From Dehalococcoidia bacterium (GTDB taxonomy: Bacteria; Chloroflexota; Dehalococcoidia; UBA2979), in NCBI GenBank assembly GCA_964291495.2, contig OZ219871.1, forward strand, positions 1,312,001 to 1,376,000: 64,000 bases of DNA, written 5' to 3'. Below the pieces are notes generated by a model. That model did not search any database. It was not told where the DNA came from and worked only from the letters and a program-made list of their open reading frames with translations. Positions 49,356 through 60,696 of this stretch are shown one piece after another. Within the stretch, counting starts at the first letter, position 1. Every line of letters starts with the position of its first letter. The translations under genes and the position numbers were made by a program.

Positions 49356-50531
49356 ATGAACACCAGCAAACAGGTCAACGTGATGATCGGGCTGCTGTTC
49401 GTGACCTTCGTCGTCACCGTCGGCTACCTCTTCAACGAGGCCAACCGCCAGGAGGTCGAGTCCGCCGAGATCAACGAGCGCAACGCCGAGCGTGGCGCGC
49501 GGCTGTTCGTGCAGAACTGCCGCAACTGCCACGGCCTCGATGGCTCTGGCAAGGATGCGAACGGCGTCGGCACCATCGGCGTCGCGCTGAACGCGCCGCA
49601 CTTCCTGATTCTCGGGGAGGACAACGTCTACGGCGCGCAGGCCACCTCCGAGAGCGTGGCGGAGAACATCCGCACCTACCTGAGCGAGACCATCACCTGC
49701 GGCCGCGTCGGCACGTACATGCCGAAGTGGGACATCCAGTTCGGCGGCTCGCTCTCGGCGACGCAGGTGGAGCAACTCGTCACGCTGATCGTGGGCGACC
49801 CCACCGGCAAGCATGACTTCTGGGAGCTCGTCCTCGAGGAGGGCGAGCACGCCGACGAGGAGCAGTACGGCGCGGTGCTCGAGGAGCGTTTCGCCCTCAC
49901 GGCGGTGCTCACGGCGCAGTTCGGCCGGGCCCCCACGGAGGAGGAGGTCGCCTCCTACAAGCAGCAGCTCACCTCGGAGCAGCTTGCGAGGGTCGTCGAG
50001 GACTACGGCCGACACCCGACCGCTGCGGAGATCTACGCGGAGAGCGAGCGGCAGACGCTCACCCGCGACGCGAGCACGATCACGATCACCACGGACAACT
50101 GCGGCCAGTTCTCCAACCCCGCGAAGCTCGCCTTCCGCACCCGCACCGATCCCCGGACGCAGGTGGGCCCGGCGACGCCCTCGGATGACGGCGGGGCCGC
50201 CCCGACCGCGGCGGCGACACCGACCACCCCGACCGCCGAACGGGGCGACGTCCTCGTCAACGCCCTCGGCTGCCTCGCCTGTCACACGCTGGACGGCACG
50301 GAGCTGGTCGGCCCGACGTGGCTGGGCGTCTACGGCCGCACGGAGCAACTCGAGGACGGCAGCAGCGTCGTCGTCGACGACGCCTACATCCGCGAGTCGA
50401 TCCGGATGCCGCAGGCGAAGATCGTCGCCGGGTTCGCAGAGGTCGCGGCCATGCCCGTGTTCGGCGAGGACGTCCTGAGCGACCTCGATCTCGAATCGAT
50501 CATCCTCTACCTGCAGTCGATCACCGAGTAG
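49356..50531 (+). CDS. Membrane-anchored diheme cytochrome c
   Basis: N-terminal TM, CRNCH and CLACH, distal MP motifs. Confidence 0.88.
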   Translation: MNTSKQVNVMIGLLFVTFVVTVGYLFNEANRQEVESAEINERNAERGARLFVQNCRNCHGLDGSGKDANGVGTIGVALNAPHFLILGEDNVYGAQATSESVAENIRTYLSETITCGRVGTYMPKWDIQFGGSLSATQVEQLVTLIVGDPTGKHDFWELVLEEGEHADEEQYGAVLEERFALTAVLTAQFGRAPTEEEVASYKQQLTSEQLARVVEDYGRHPTAAEIYAESERQTLTRDASTITITTDNCGQFSNPAKLAFRTRTDPRTQVGPATPSDDGGAAPTAAATPTTPTAERGDVLVNALGCLACHTLDGTELVGPTWLGVYGRTEQLEDGSSVVVDDAYIRESIRMPQAKIVAGFAEVAAMPVFGEDVLSDLDLESIILYLQSITE

Positions 50532-50616
50532 AAGCGGCCCGCCGCCGCGCGAGGGCCAGGCGGCGAGCAGGGCGAACGAGACGGACTGGCGGGCCGACCC
50601 GCCGAAGGGGGAAGAG

Positions 50617-50736
50617 ATGGCAGAGGTCGAGACGGGAAAGCGCTACCGCTGCACGGCGTGCGGCGCGGAGTTCATCGTCACGCGCGGCGGCGAAGGCGTC
50701 CTTCGCTGCGGCGACAACGAGCTCGAGCAGATCTAG
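50617..50736 (+). CDS. 39-aa desulforedoxin-like protein (MAEVETGKRYRCTACGAEFIVTRGGEGVLRCGDNELEQI)
   Basis: Hand-translated; AGGGGG SD; Y-x-C-x2-CG...GG-x-G-x-L-x-C pattern. Confidence 0.75.
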   Translation: MAEVETGKRYRCTACGAEFIVTRGGEGVLRCGDNELEQI

Positions 50737-50745
50737 GAGCGTCCG

Positions 50746-50889
50746 ATGGCTGTCGCACTTGGTAAGCGCTACAAGGACGAGAACTCCGAGATCGAGGTGC
50801 TCTGCATCAAGCCCGGCGAATGTAATCTCAACGTCGACGGGCGCGGCATGGAGGAACTGCAGCCCAAGGTGCTGCCCTCCGCCGACTAG
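50746..50889 (+). CDS. 47-aa paralogous small protein (MAVALGKRYKDENSEIEVLCIKPGECNLNVDGRGMEELQPKVLPSAD)
   Basis: Hand-translated; AGGAG SD overlapping upstream stop; shares GKRY...E...G register with upstream ORF. Confidence 0.75.
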   Translation: MAVALGKRYKDENSEIEVLCIKPGECNLNVDGRGMEELQPKVLPSAD

Positions 50890-50968
50890 CAGCGGCCGGT
50901 CCGCATCCACCGCCAAAGCCGGGAGCAGCGCTCCCGGCTTCCGCGCGTCCCCTGACTACGTTGCTGCC

Positions 50969-52474
50969 GTGACCCCCTCACCCGAACCGCTGCTGATCGA
51001 GGCGCGCCTGCTGACGATGGCGCGCCCCGGCGACGCGCCCGTGCCCGGCGCCGTCGCCTGCGCCGGGGGTCGCATCGTCGCCGTCGGCACGCCCGAGGAC
51101 TGCGCGCGTCGCCTGCCGCCAGCGCATCGCCGCATCGAGGCGCGCGACTCGACGCTGCTGCCGGGCTTCGTCGACGCGCACGTCCACATCCTCGCCGCCG
51201 CGGCCGCCGCGGCCGGGCCGGATGTCTCGCCACACGCCATCTCCAGCATCCCGGAGCTGCTCGAAGTGTTACGCGAGGCGGCGGCGCGCACGCCGCCCGG
51301 TCGCTGGCTGCGCGCCGCCGGCTACGAGGAGCTGATGCTCGCCGAGGGCCGCCCGCCGACGCGCGCCGAGCTCGACCGCGCCGTGCCCGGCCACCCCGTC
51401 CGCCTGATCCAGCGCAGCGGTCACGCCGAGGTGCTGAACTCGCGCGGCCTCGCCCTCGTGGGCATCGACGAGTCGACGCCGGAGCCGCCGGGCGCGGTCT
51501 TCGGGCGCTCGCTCGAGGACGGGCGACTCAATGGTCTGCTGCTCGGCATGGCCGACGCGATCGAGGCGGCGATGCCGCCGCCGGACCCGGCCGCCGTCGA
51601 GGCGCACGTGCGCGACTGGGCCCTCGCGCGGGCCGCCGAGGGCGTCACGACCTTCGTCGACGCAGGCGTGCGCAACGGACCGGCGGAGTGGACGACGTTC
51701 GAGCGCCTGCTGGCCGCGGGCGCGATCCCACAGCGCGTCGTCTCGATGGAGTCGGTTGACGCCCTCGGAGCGCTGCCGGTCGAGAGCGCCGAGGGCCGCC
51801 TGGGGCGCGGCGAGACGAAGCTGCAGCCCGCCACGTTCGAGGGCGAGGCGCCGGACGCCGGACCCCTCGAGGCGGGCGTGCGTGCGGCGATCGAGGCAGG
51901 GCGCCGTGTCGCCATGCACGCGCCGACGGAGCCGGCCGTCGCGGCCTCGCTGGCCGCCTTCCGCGCCGCCGGCGCGCCGCCCGGACAGCGTATCGAGCAC
52001 GCTCCGCTGCTGACGGCGCAACTGATCGAGGAGATCGTCGCGCTCGGCGCGGTCGTCGTGGCGCAGCCGGGGCTGCTCAACGAGGTCGGTGGCCGCTACA
52101 GGCAGTTGCTCGACGCGGAGCAGCGGGCGCGGCTGCACCCGTGGCGGGCGCTGCTCGACGCGGGCGCTCCGCTCGCCTTCAGCAGCGACGCCCCGATCTC
52201 GCGCGCGAGCGCCCTCGAGGCCGTCGCAGCGGCGTCCGTGGACCGCCCTGCCGACTTGGCGCCGGAGCAGGCGATCACGCCGATCGAGGCGCTGGACGCG
52301 TCGACGGCGGGTGCGGCCGACGCCGCCGGACTCGAGGACCGTGGCCGCCTCCTCGAGGGTGCCCTCGCCGACCTCGTGCTCATCGGCGAGCCGCTCGAGC
52401 GCGACCCCGCGAGCGCCCGCGTGCGGCTGACCGTGATCGGGGGCGAGGTGGCGTTCGAGGCGGGTGGTCCGTAG
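50969..52474 (+). CDS. Amidohydrolase 3 (YtcJ-like) family protein
   Basis: PGFVDAHVH, SGH, MHA, RIEHA, SSDAP, G.LADLV; GTG 50969. Confidence 0.85.
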   Translation: MTPSPEPLLIEARLLTMARPGDAPVPGAVACAGGRIVAVGTPEDCARRLPPAHRRIEARDSTLLPGFVDAHVHILAAAAAAAGPDVSPHAISSIPELLEVLREAAARTPPGRWLRAAGYEELMLAEGRPPTRAELDRAVPGHPVRLIQRSGHAEVLNSRGLALVGIDESTPEPPGAVFGRSLEDGRLNGLLLGMADAIEAAMPPPDPAAVEAHVRDWALARAAEGVTTFVDAGVRNGPAEWTTFERLLAAGAIPQRVVSMESVDALGALPVESAEGRLGRGETKLQPATFEGEAPDAGPLEAGVRAAIEAGRRVAMHAPTEPAVAASLAAFRAAGAPPGQRIEHAPLLTAQLIEEIVALGAVVVAQPGLLNEVGGRYRQLLDAEQRARLHPWRALLDAGAPLAFSSDAPISRASALEAVAAASVDRPADLAPEQAITPIEALDASTAGAADAAGLEDRGRLLEGALADLVLIGEPLERDPASARVRLTVIGGEVAFEAGGP

Positions 52475-52539
52475 AGGGTCGACTCCGCTCACGGTGGGCG
52501 CATCCGGGGTACGCTATTGATGTGTGAAGGGGAACTCAC

Positions 52540-52770
52540 GTGGGTTGGGAAGAGCGGATCGAATTGAACCCTGATGTTCTCGCCGGGAAACCGGTCGTAA
52601 GGGGGACGCGCCTCGCGGTCGAGTTCATCGTTGAGTTGCTCGCCGACGAGTGGACGGAAGAGGCGATTCTCCGTGAGTACCCGGGCCTGAGCCACGAAGA
52701 CATCCAGGCCTGCCTGCGCTACGCAAGCGAGCGTTTGCAGGCAGAGAAGGTCTACCCTCTCAACGTATAA
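52540..52770 (+). CDS. DUF433-family antitoxin
   Basis: NPDVLAGKPVVRGTRLAVE...EYPGL..EDIQACLRYA. Confidence 0.88.
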   Translation: MGWEERIELNPDVLAGKPVVRGTRLAVEFIVELLADEWTEEAILREYPGLSHEDIQACLRYASERLQAEKVYPLNV

Positions 52771-52776
52771 GCGGAC

Positions 52777-53136
52777 ATGCGGCTTCTCGCAGACGAGAAC
52801 CTCCCTGGACGTATGGTCGAGGCGTTACGCCGACTGGGCCATGACGTGACCTGGGTGCGCCTGGAGGCTCCGGGCAGCGTGGACGAGCGGGTACTCGAGC
52901 GTGCGGCAACAGAGGACCGCGTGCTGGTTACAGCCGACAAGGACTTCGGAGAACTTGCTTTCCGCAATCGACTTCCAGCCGCCAGCGGCGTCATCCTCCT
53001 TCGCGTGCGCGGTACCGTCGAGGCGCGCACGGCAGCGCTCGTGGCGGCACTCGAAGCTCGTGAGGATTGGGCTGGCCAGTTCGCGGTTGTTGCGAACGAT
53101 CGGGTCCGACTGACCCCCCTGCCCCCGGTCGAATAG
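52777..53136 (+). CDS. DUF5615 PIN-like toxin
   Basis: LLADENL, GHDV, D..V, RVLVTADKDFG. Confidence 0.88.
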   Translation: MRLLADENLPGRMVEALRRLGHDVTWVRLEAPGSVDERVLERAATEDRVLVTADKDFGELAFRNRLPAASGVILLRVRGTVEARTAALVAALEAREDWAGQFAVVANDRVRLTPLPPVE

Positions 53137-53205
53137 ACGGCTCCGTTCGCAGTGCCCTTGCGGTTCGACTGTGCCAGGAGAGGCGGACGAGGCCGGCGCC
53201 GACGT

Positions 53206-53235
53206 TTGACGGGCTGCGGGGGCGGCCCATACGAT
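53206..53235 (+). promoter_or_regulatory. Putative rpsU promoter
   Basis: TTGACG-18 bp-TACGAT. Confidence 0.5.
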
Positions 53236-53297
53236 CCCCCGACGGCTACGAACACGCGACCCGGATGGGGCGCGGCGGGGACGGGATTGCATACGGA

Positions 53298-53501
53298 GTG
53301 ACCGAGGTCTTTGTCGGCGAGTCGGAATCCTTCGAGGGCGCACTGAAGCGCTTCAACAAGCGCGTCCAGGCGGACGGGATCCTGTCCGAGGCACGGCGCG
53401 CCGAGTACTACGAGAAGCCTTCGGTCCGCCGCAAGAAGAAGGAAGCGGCCCGCCTGCGCAAGCTGCGCAAGGCGATGCGAGCCCAGGTCCGGCGACGCTG
53501 A
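53298..53501 (+). CDS. rpsU: 30S ribosomal protein S21
   Basis: ESFEGALKRF...YYEKPSVRRKKK; GTG 53298. Confidence 0.93.
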   Translation: MTEVFVGESESFEGALKRFNKRVQADGILSEARRAEYYEKPSVRRKKKEAARLRKLRKAMRAQVRRR

Positions 53502-53504
53502 CCG

Positions 53505-53534
53505 GGACCCCGGCAAGCGCCGGGGTCCGCTGTT
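53505..53534 (+). terminator. Stem-loop after rpsU (weak terminator or stability element)
   Basis: GGACCCCGGC-AAGC-GCCGGGGTCC perfect 10-bp stem; poor U-tract. Confidence 0.4.
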
Positions 53535-53577
53535 GATGGCTGCCGCACCCTTGCGAGGGGTCCGGCCGGAAGGCGCC

Positions 53578-54030
53578 ATGCCCGCACTGCTCGACACCAT
53601 TCGTTCCGAGATGACCGCCGCGATGCGCGCCGGGGACACCCGGCGCCGCGACACGCTGCGGCTGCTGATTGCGGCCCTCGACAACGCCCGTATCGCCGCC
53701 GGCCGCGACCTTGGCGACGAGGACGCACTCGCCGCCCTGCAGCGCGAGGCGAAGCAGCGCCGCGAGTCGATCGAGGAGTACCGCAAGGGCGGCCGCGACG
53801 ACCTCGTGGACTCGGAGCAGGCGGAGCTGACGATCATCGAGGCGTACCTGCCGAGCCAGCTCGGCGAGGACGAGCTGCGCGCGATCGCGCGCGACGTGAT
53901 CGAGGAGAGCGGCGCGAGCGGCCCCGGCGACCTCGGAGCGGTGATGGGCCCGCTGATGCAGCGCGTGCGCGGACGCGCCGACGGTCGTCTGGCGAACGCG
54001 ATCGTTCGGGAGCTGCTCTCCGGAGCTTGA
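53578..54030 (+). CDS. yqeY: GatB/YqeY domain protein
   Basis: AMRAGD..R..TLR, KQRRESIEEY..GGR, YLP.QL, GRADG; rpsU-yqeY synteny. Confidence 0.88.
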   Translation: MPALLDTIRSEMTAAMRAGDTRRRDTLRLLIAALDNARIAAGRDLGDEDALAALQREAKQRRESIEEYRKGGRDDLVDSEQAELTIIEAYLPSQLGEDELRAIARDVIEESGASGPGDLGAVMGPLMQRVRGRADGRLANAIVRELLSGA

Positions 54031-54079
54031 TGATCGGGGGCGGGATGGTCGCCCGCATCAGGCAGCGAGGGATGCCGCC

Positions 54080-56350
54080 GTGCTGAGCCGACCGACCGAG
54101 GCCCGCGGCTGGTTCGCGCGACCTGCCGCCATCTTGCTGGGACTCGGCATCGGCGCGGTCCTCTTCGTCGTGCTCTTCCCCTGGTTCCCGGGCGGCGCGG
54201 GCATGCGCGAGGGCGACGCCTCGCCATGGACGCTCTCCGCCCCGCGAGACCTGTCCTACGAGTCACTGGTCCTCACCGAGGCGGCGCGCGAGGAGGCCGC
54301 CGGGGCGGTCGCGGACGTGCAGCGCCGCGACGACTCGATCGCCGAGATCCAGATCGCGGAGCTGACCCGCCGGCTCGTCCTGATCGAGGAGGCGCGCGCG
54401 GGCGTCCTCTCCGCATCCGCCCGCGAATCGAGGATCCGCGCGGCTACCGGCGGCGAGCTGTCGGACAAGGCCGTCATGCTGCTCGGCGAGATCCCTGACA
54501 CGGACTTCCGCACGCTCGGTGACGAGGCGCGCGACATTCTCGGACGCCTGCTCTCGGGCAGCATCGCCGCGGCGGGTGTCGACGCGGCGCGCGAGCAGGC
54601 CGGCGAGCTGCTGCCGATAGGCCTCGACGAGGATCAGCGCCTGGTGCTCACGGAGCTGATCGCTCCGCTCGTCATCCCCACGCTCGTCGTGGACGAGGCC
54701 CGGACCGGGGAGCGGCGCCAGGAGGCGCGCGACGCGGTCCCGCCGGTCCGCGTGACGCGCGAACGGGGCCAGGTCCTGGTCGTGCAGGAGCAGCGGTTGA
54801 CCGCGTCCGATATCGAGTTGCTGGACGCCGCGGGGCTGAATCCGCGAGGGGTGCGCACCACGCACGTGCTGGCCGCGGGCATCGTCTCGCTGCTCTCCGG
54901 CGCGGCCTGCGGGGTCTATCTCTTCGTCGCGCGCCCGCGCGCGCTCGCCGGCGTGCGCCGCCTCACGCTGTTCACGCTGCTGCTGCTGGCTCCGGCGGCG
55001 GCGATTAAGTTCACGCTGCCGCTCGTGCTCCCCGATGTCGACCGGCACTTCCTCGTCTACGCGCTGCCGCTGGCGGCGTCGCCGATCGCGGCGGTGGTGC
55101 TGCTCGATCTCGGAGCCGCCGTATTGCTCACGGTCCTCCTCTCCTCGATCGCGGTCTTCGTCTCGATCTACCTGCCGTTCGCCGATGCCGCGGGCACCGG
55201 GCAGCTCGAGACAGCGAGGGCGTTCCTCGCGGTCTGCGCCGCCTCGCTCGCGGGGCTGTTCGTCGCGGCGAGGGCGAACAACCTGGGGCGCTACCTGACG
55301 GCCGGATTCGCGGCTGCGCTTGCCGCCGGCGCGGTGCTCGGAACGGTCTGGCTGATCGATCCCGATCGCCGTGCCGAGGACCTCGCCTGGATCGCCGGGG
55401 CGGCCGGGGTAAGCGGGATCGCCTCGGCGCTGATCGGCGTCGGCTTCTTCGTCCTGCTGAGCCGCCCCTTCGGCATCATCACGCGCGTCGAGTTGATGGA
55501 GCTGGCGCAGCTCAGCCACCCGCTGCTGCGCCGCCTGCAGGACGAGGCCCCCGGCACCTTCCAGCACTCGGTGATGGTTTCGAACATGGCCGAGCGAGCC
55601 GCCGACCGGATCGGGGCGGACTCCCTGCTCGTGCGTGTCGGCGCCTACTACCACGATGTCGGCAAGCTGGTGGCGCCGGGCTTCTTCGTCGAGAACTCGT
55701 CCGCGGAGGTGGATCCGCACGCCTCGCTCGACCCGCTGCAGAGCACGCGCGTGATCCAGCAGCACGTCGTCGCCGGCGTCGAGATCGCGCGCCGCGAGGG
55801 CGTGCCGATGGCGATCACGCAGTTCATCCCGCAACACCACGGCACGCGCCTCGTCGAGTTCTTCTACCGCCGCGCCGCCGCGGAGGATCCGGAGATCGAC
55901 CCCGATCTGTTCCGCTATCCGGGCCCGAAGCCGCAGAGCCGCGAGACAGCCATCGTCATGCTTGCCGACTCCAGCGAGGCCAGCGTCCGCGCCAGCAACG
56001 ACCGCACCGGGGACCGCATCCGCGAGATCGTCGAGAGTGTCGTGCGCGCGCGCCTTGACGAGCAGCAGTTCGACGAGTGCGACATCTCGCTGCGCGACCT
56101 GCGTGTCGTCGCCGACTCGTTCGTCGCGACGCTCACCGCCGTCTACCACCCGCGCGTCGAGTACCCGGAGCCGACCGCCCGCGAGCTGCAGGAGCGAGGC
56201 ATGACCGCAGCGGAGCGCATGCCCGCCGGAGAACCGCTACCCAACCGCCTGCCGCACGGCGAACGCGGGGAGGCGCGCGACAGCGGCGAGGAAGCCGCAT
56301 CCCGCCCGATCTGGGCCTCGGCGCGCTGGCGCCGGCGCCGCGACGGGTAG
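54080..56350 (+). CDS. 7TM-HD phosphohydrolase (PgpH-like cyclic di-AMP phosphodiesterase)
   Basis: Extracellular domain, TM bundle, APGTFQHS, YYHDVGK, QHHGT, FRYPGPKP, MLADS.EA. Confidence 0.88.
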   Translation: MLSRPTEARGWFARPAAILLGLGIGAVLFVVLFPWFPGGAGMREGDASPWTLSAPRDLSYESLVLTEAAREEAAGAVADVQRRDDSIAEIQIAELTRRLVLIEEARAGVLSASARESRIRAATGGELSDKAVMLLGEIPDTDFRTLGDEARDILGRLLSGSIAAAGVDAAREQAGELLPIGLDEDQRLVLTELIAPLVIPTLVVDEARTGERRQEARDAVPPVRVTRERGQVLVVQEQRLTASDIELLDAAGLNPRGVRTTHVLAAGIVSLLSGAACGVYLFVARPRALAGVRRLTLFTLLLLAPAAAIKFTLPLVLPDVDRHFLVYALPLAASPIAAVVLLDLGAAVLLTVLLSSIAVFVSIYLPFADAAGTGQLETARAFLAVCAASLAGLFVAARANNLGRYLTAGFAAALAAGAVLGTVWLIDPDRRAEDLAWIAGAAGVSGIASALIGVGFFVLLSRPFGIITRVELMELAQLSHPLLRRLQDEAPGTFQHSVMVSNMAERAADRIGADSLLVRVGAYYHDVGKLVAPGFFVENSSAEVDPHASLDPLQSTRVIQQHVVAGVEIARREGVPMAITQFIPQHHGTRLVEFFYRRAAAEDPEIDPDLFRYPGPKPQSRETAIVMLADSSEASVRASNDRTGDRIREIVESVVRARLDEQQFDECDISLRDLRVVADSFVATLTAVYHPRVEYPEPTARELQERGMTAAERMPAGEPLPNRLPHGERGEARDSGEEAASRPIWASARWRRRRDG

Positions 56351-56426
56351 CGCGCTCGCGGCGCGCGATACCGCCACGCCGGAGGGCCGCCTATACTCGG
56401 ACCACCCCCGGGAGGATGGGATCACC

Positions 56427-57122
56427 GTGCGCGCTGCGGTCGTGGTCTTCCCCGGCAGCTGGAGCGACGGCGACTGCCTCTTCGCCCTCGGACGGCTCGG
56501 CGTCGACGCCTACCGCGTCTGGCATCGCGAGACGGACCTCGGCGGCGCGGACCTGGTCGTCCTGCCCGGCGGCTTCTCCTACGGCGACTACCTGCGCTGC
56601 GGCGCGATCGCGCGCTTCTCGCCCGTCATGCAGGCGGTGCGCGCGCACGCGGACGCCGGCGGCCTGGTGATCGGCATCTGCAACGGCTTCCAGATCCTCT
56701 GCGAGGCGGGCATGCTGCCCGGCGTGCTGATGCGCAACGCCTCGCTGCAGTTCCGCTGCCAGCCCGTGCACCTCATCGCTGCCGAGCACCGCTCGCCGTT
56801 CACCGCCGGGATCGAGCCCGGCCGCGTGCTGCAAGTGCCGATCTCCCACGGCGAGGGCAACTACTTCGCCGACGCCGTCGCCCTCGAGGCGATCGAGTCG
56901 CAGCGGCGTGTCGCCTTCCGCTACTGCACGGCGGACGGCCTCGTGACTCCCGAGGCGAATCCCAACGGCTCGGTGGCGAACATCGCGGGCGTGCTCAACG
57001 CGGCGGGCAACGTGCTCGGCATGATGCCGCATCCCGAGCGCGCCGCCGCTCCGCTGCTCGGCGGCGAGGACGGCAACGTGATCTGGCAGTCCGCGCTCGC
57101 GCGTGTGGGCGCGCCGGCATGA
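56427..57122 (+). CDS. purQ: FGAM synthase glutaminase subunit
   Basis: PGGFSYGDYLR, GICNGFQ, HGEG, NPNGS, MMPHPER. Confidence 0.96.
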   Translation: MRAAVVVFPGSWSDGDCLFALGRLGVDAYRVWHRETDLGGADLVVLPGGFSYGDYLRCGAIARFSPVMQAVRAHADAGGLVIGICNGFQILCEAGMLPGVLMRNASLQFRCQPVHLIAAEHRSPFTAGIEPGRVLQVPISHGEGNYFADAVALEAIESQRRVAFRYCTADGLVTPEANPNGSVANIAGVLNAAGNVLGMMPHPERAAAPLLGGEDGNVIWQSALARVGAPA

Positions 57123-57137
57123 CGGAGGAGGTGCGAG

Positions 57138-57782
57138 GTGTCCGCTGACCTCACCAGCCCGGCCTACCCGGCCCGGCTGCGGATCGATTACCCGGAGGAG
57201 CAGCAGGACCGCGTCAGGGCGCTGTTCCGCCTGATCCTGGCGATCCCGATCGTGCTGCTGCTCGGCGTGCTGACCGGCGGCAGCCCGAACGCCCAGGAGT
57301 TCGACGACGTGTTGGTGGTCGTGGTCTCGTCGGGCGGCGTCATCGTCGTGCCGGTGCTGCTCATGCTCCTGTTCCGGCGCAAGTACCCGCGCTGGTGGTT
57401 CGACTGGAACCTCGAACTGACGCGCTTCTCCAACCGCGTCGGCGCCTACTTCCTGCTGCTGCGCGAGGAGTACCCCTCGACCGACGAGGAGCAGGCCGTC
57501 CACATCGAGATCGACTTCCCGGACGCGGAGCGCGACCTCAACCGCTGGTTGCCGCTGGTGAAGTGGCTGCTGGCGATCCCGCACTACATCGTGCTGGCGG
57601 TCCTGAGCTTCGTCGTGGTGGTGATCACGGTGCTCGCCTGGTTCGCGATCCTGTTCACGGGGCGCTACCCGCGCGGGATGTTCAACTTCGTCGTGGGCTG
57701 GAGCCGCTGGGCGCTGCGCGTCAGCGCCTACGCCTTCCTGCTCACCACCGACCGCTACCCGCCCTTCAGCTTCGAGGAGTAG
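57138..57782 (+). CDS. DUF4389-type membrane protein
   Basis: Two internal repeats: LAIPH, FTGRYP, DRYPPF. Confidence 0.85.
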   Translation: MSADLTSPAYPARLRIDYPEEQQDRVRALFRLILAIPIVLLLGVLTGGSPNAQEFDDVLVVVVSSGGVIVVPVLLMLLFRRKYPRWWFDWNLELTRFSNRVGAYFLLLREEYPSTDEEQAVHIEIDFPDAERDLNRWLPLVKWLLAIPHYIVLAVLSFVVVVITVLAWFAILFTGRYPRGMFNFVVGWSRWALRVSAYAFLLTTDRYPPFSFEE

Positions 57783-57839
57783 CTTCGAGAAGGAGTAACC
57801 CCGCGCCGAGTGCGTGGTGAGGAGAGAGAGGAGCACACG

Positions 57840-58403
57840 ATGAACGACTACCCGGTGACGTTTGACGTCGCCTACCCGGAGGCGCCGAACCGCTGGCTGA
57901 TCCTGATCCGCTGGCTGCTGGCGATCCCGCACTACATCGTCCTGTACCTGCTGAGCCTCCTGGTGGGGATCGTGTGGATCGTTTCGTTCTTCACGATCCT
58001 CTTCGCGAGGACCTACCCGGATAGCCTCTACAGCTTCATGGTGGGCGTGAACCGCTGGAACGCGAACGTGGGCGCTTACATCCTTTTCTACGACCGTTAC
58101 CCGCCGTTCAGCATGGGCGAGAGCGACTACGAGGGCGTCACGTTCGCCGTCGAGAAGCCGGACTTCAACCGCTGGCTCGTGCTGGTGAAGTGGCTGCTCG
58201 TGATCCCGCACGCGATCGTGCTGAGCATCCTCGGCCTGATCGCCATGGTCGCCTTCGTTCCGCTCGTGCTTGCGGTGCTGTTCACCGGGCGCTACCCGCG
58301 GGGCCTGTTCGACTTCCTCGTCGGCGTCGGGCGCTGGAACGCGCGGGTGAGCGCCTACTACGTGTTCCTCGTGGACCGTTACCCGCCGTTCTCGCTGCGC
58401 TAG
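57840..58403 (+). CDS. DUF4389-type membrane protein (paralog)
   Basis: NRWL..RWLLAIPH, DRYPPFS occurring twice; ATG 57840. Confidence 0.85.
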   Translation: MNDYPVTFDVAYPEAPNRWLILIRWLLAIPHYIVLYLLSLLVGIVWIVSFFTILFARTYPDSLYSFMVGVNRWNANVGAYILFYDRYPPFSMGESDYEGVTFAVEKPDFNRWLVLVKWLLVIPHAIVLSILGLIAMVAFVPLVLAVLFTGRYPRGLFDFLVGVGRWNARVSAYYVFLVDRYPPFSLR

Positions 58404-58419
58404 CGACGGAGGACGCGCA

Positions 58420-60648
<2,229 letters not shown>

Positions 60649-60656
60649 ACCGTACC

Positions 60657-60696
60657 GAACATCAGTTTGACAGTGTAGGTACACATGTTCTAACAT
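60657..60696 (+). promoter_or_regulatory. Promoter overlapped by two LexA-type (GAAC-N4-GTTC) boxes
   Basis: GAAC-ATCA-GTTT (60657-60668), GTAC-ACAT-GTTC (60679-60690); TTGACA (60667)-18 bp-TAACAT (60691). Confidence 0.6.
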
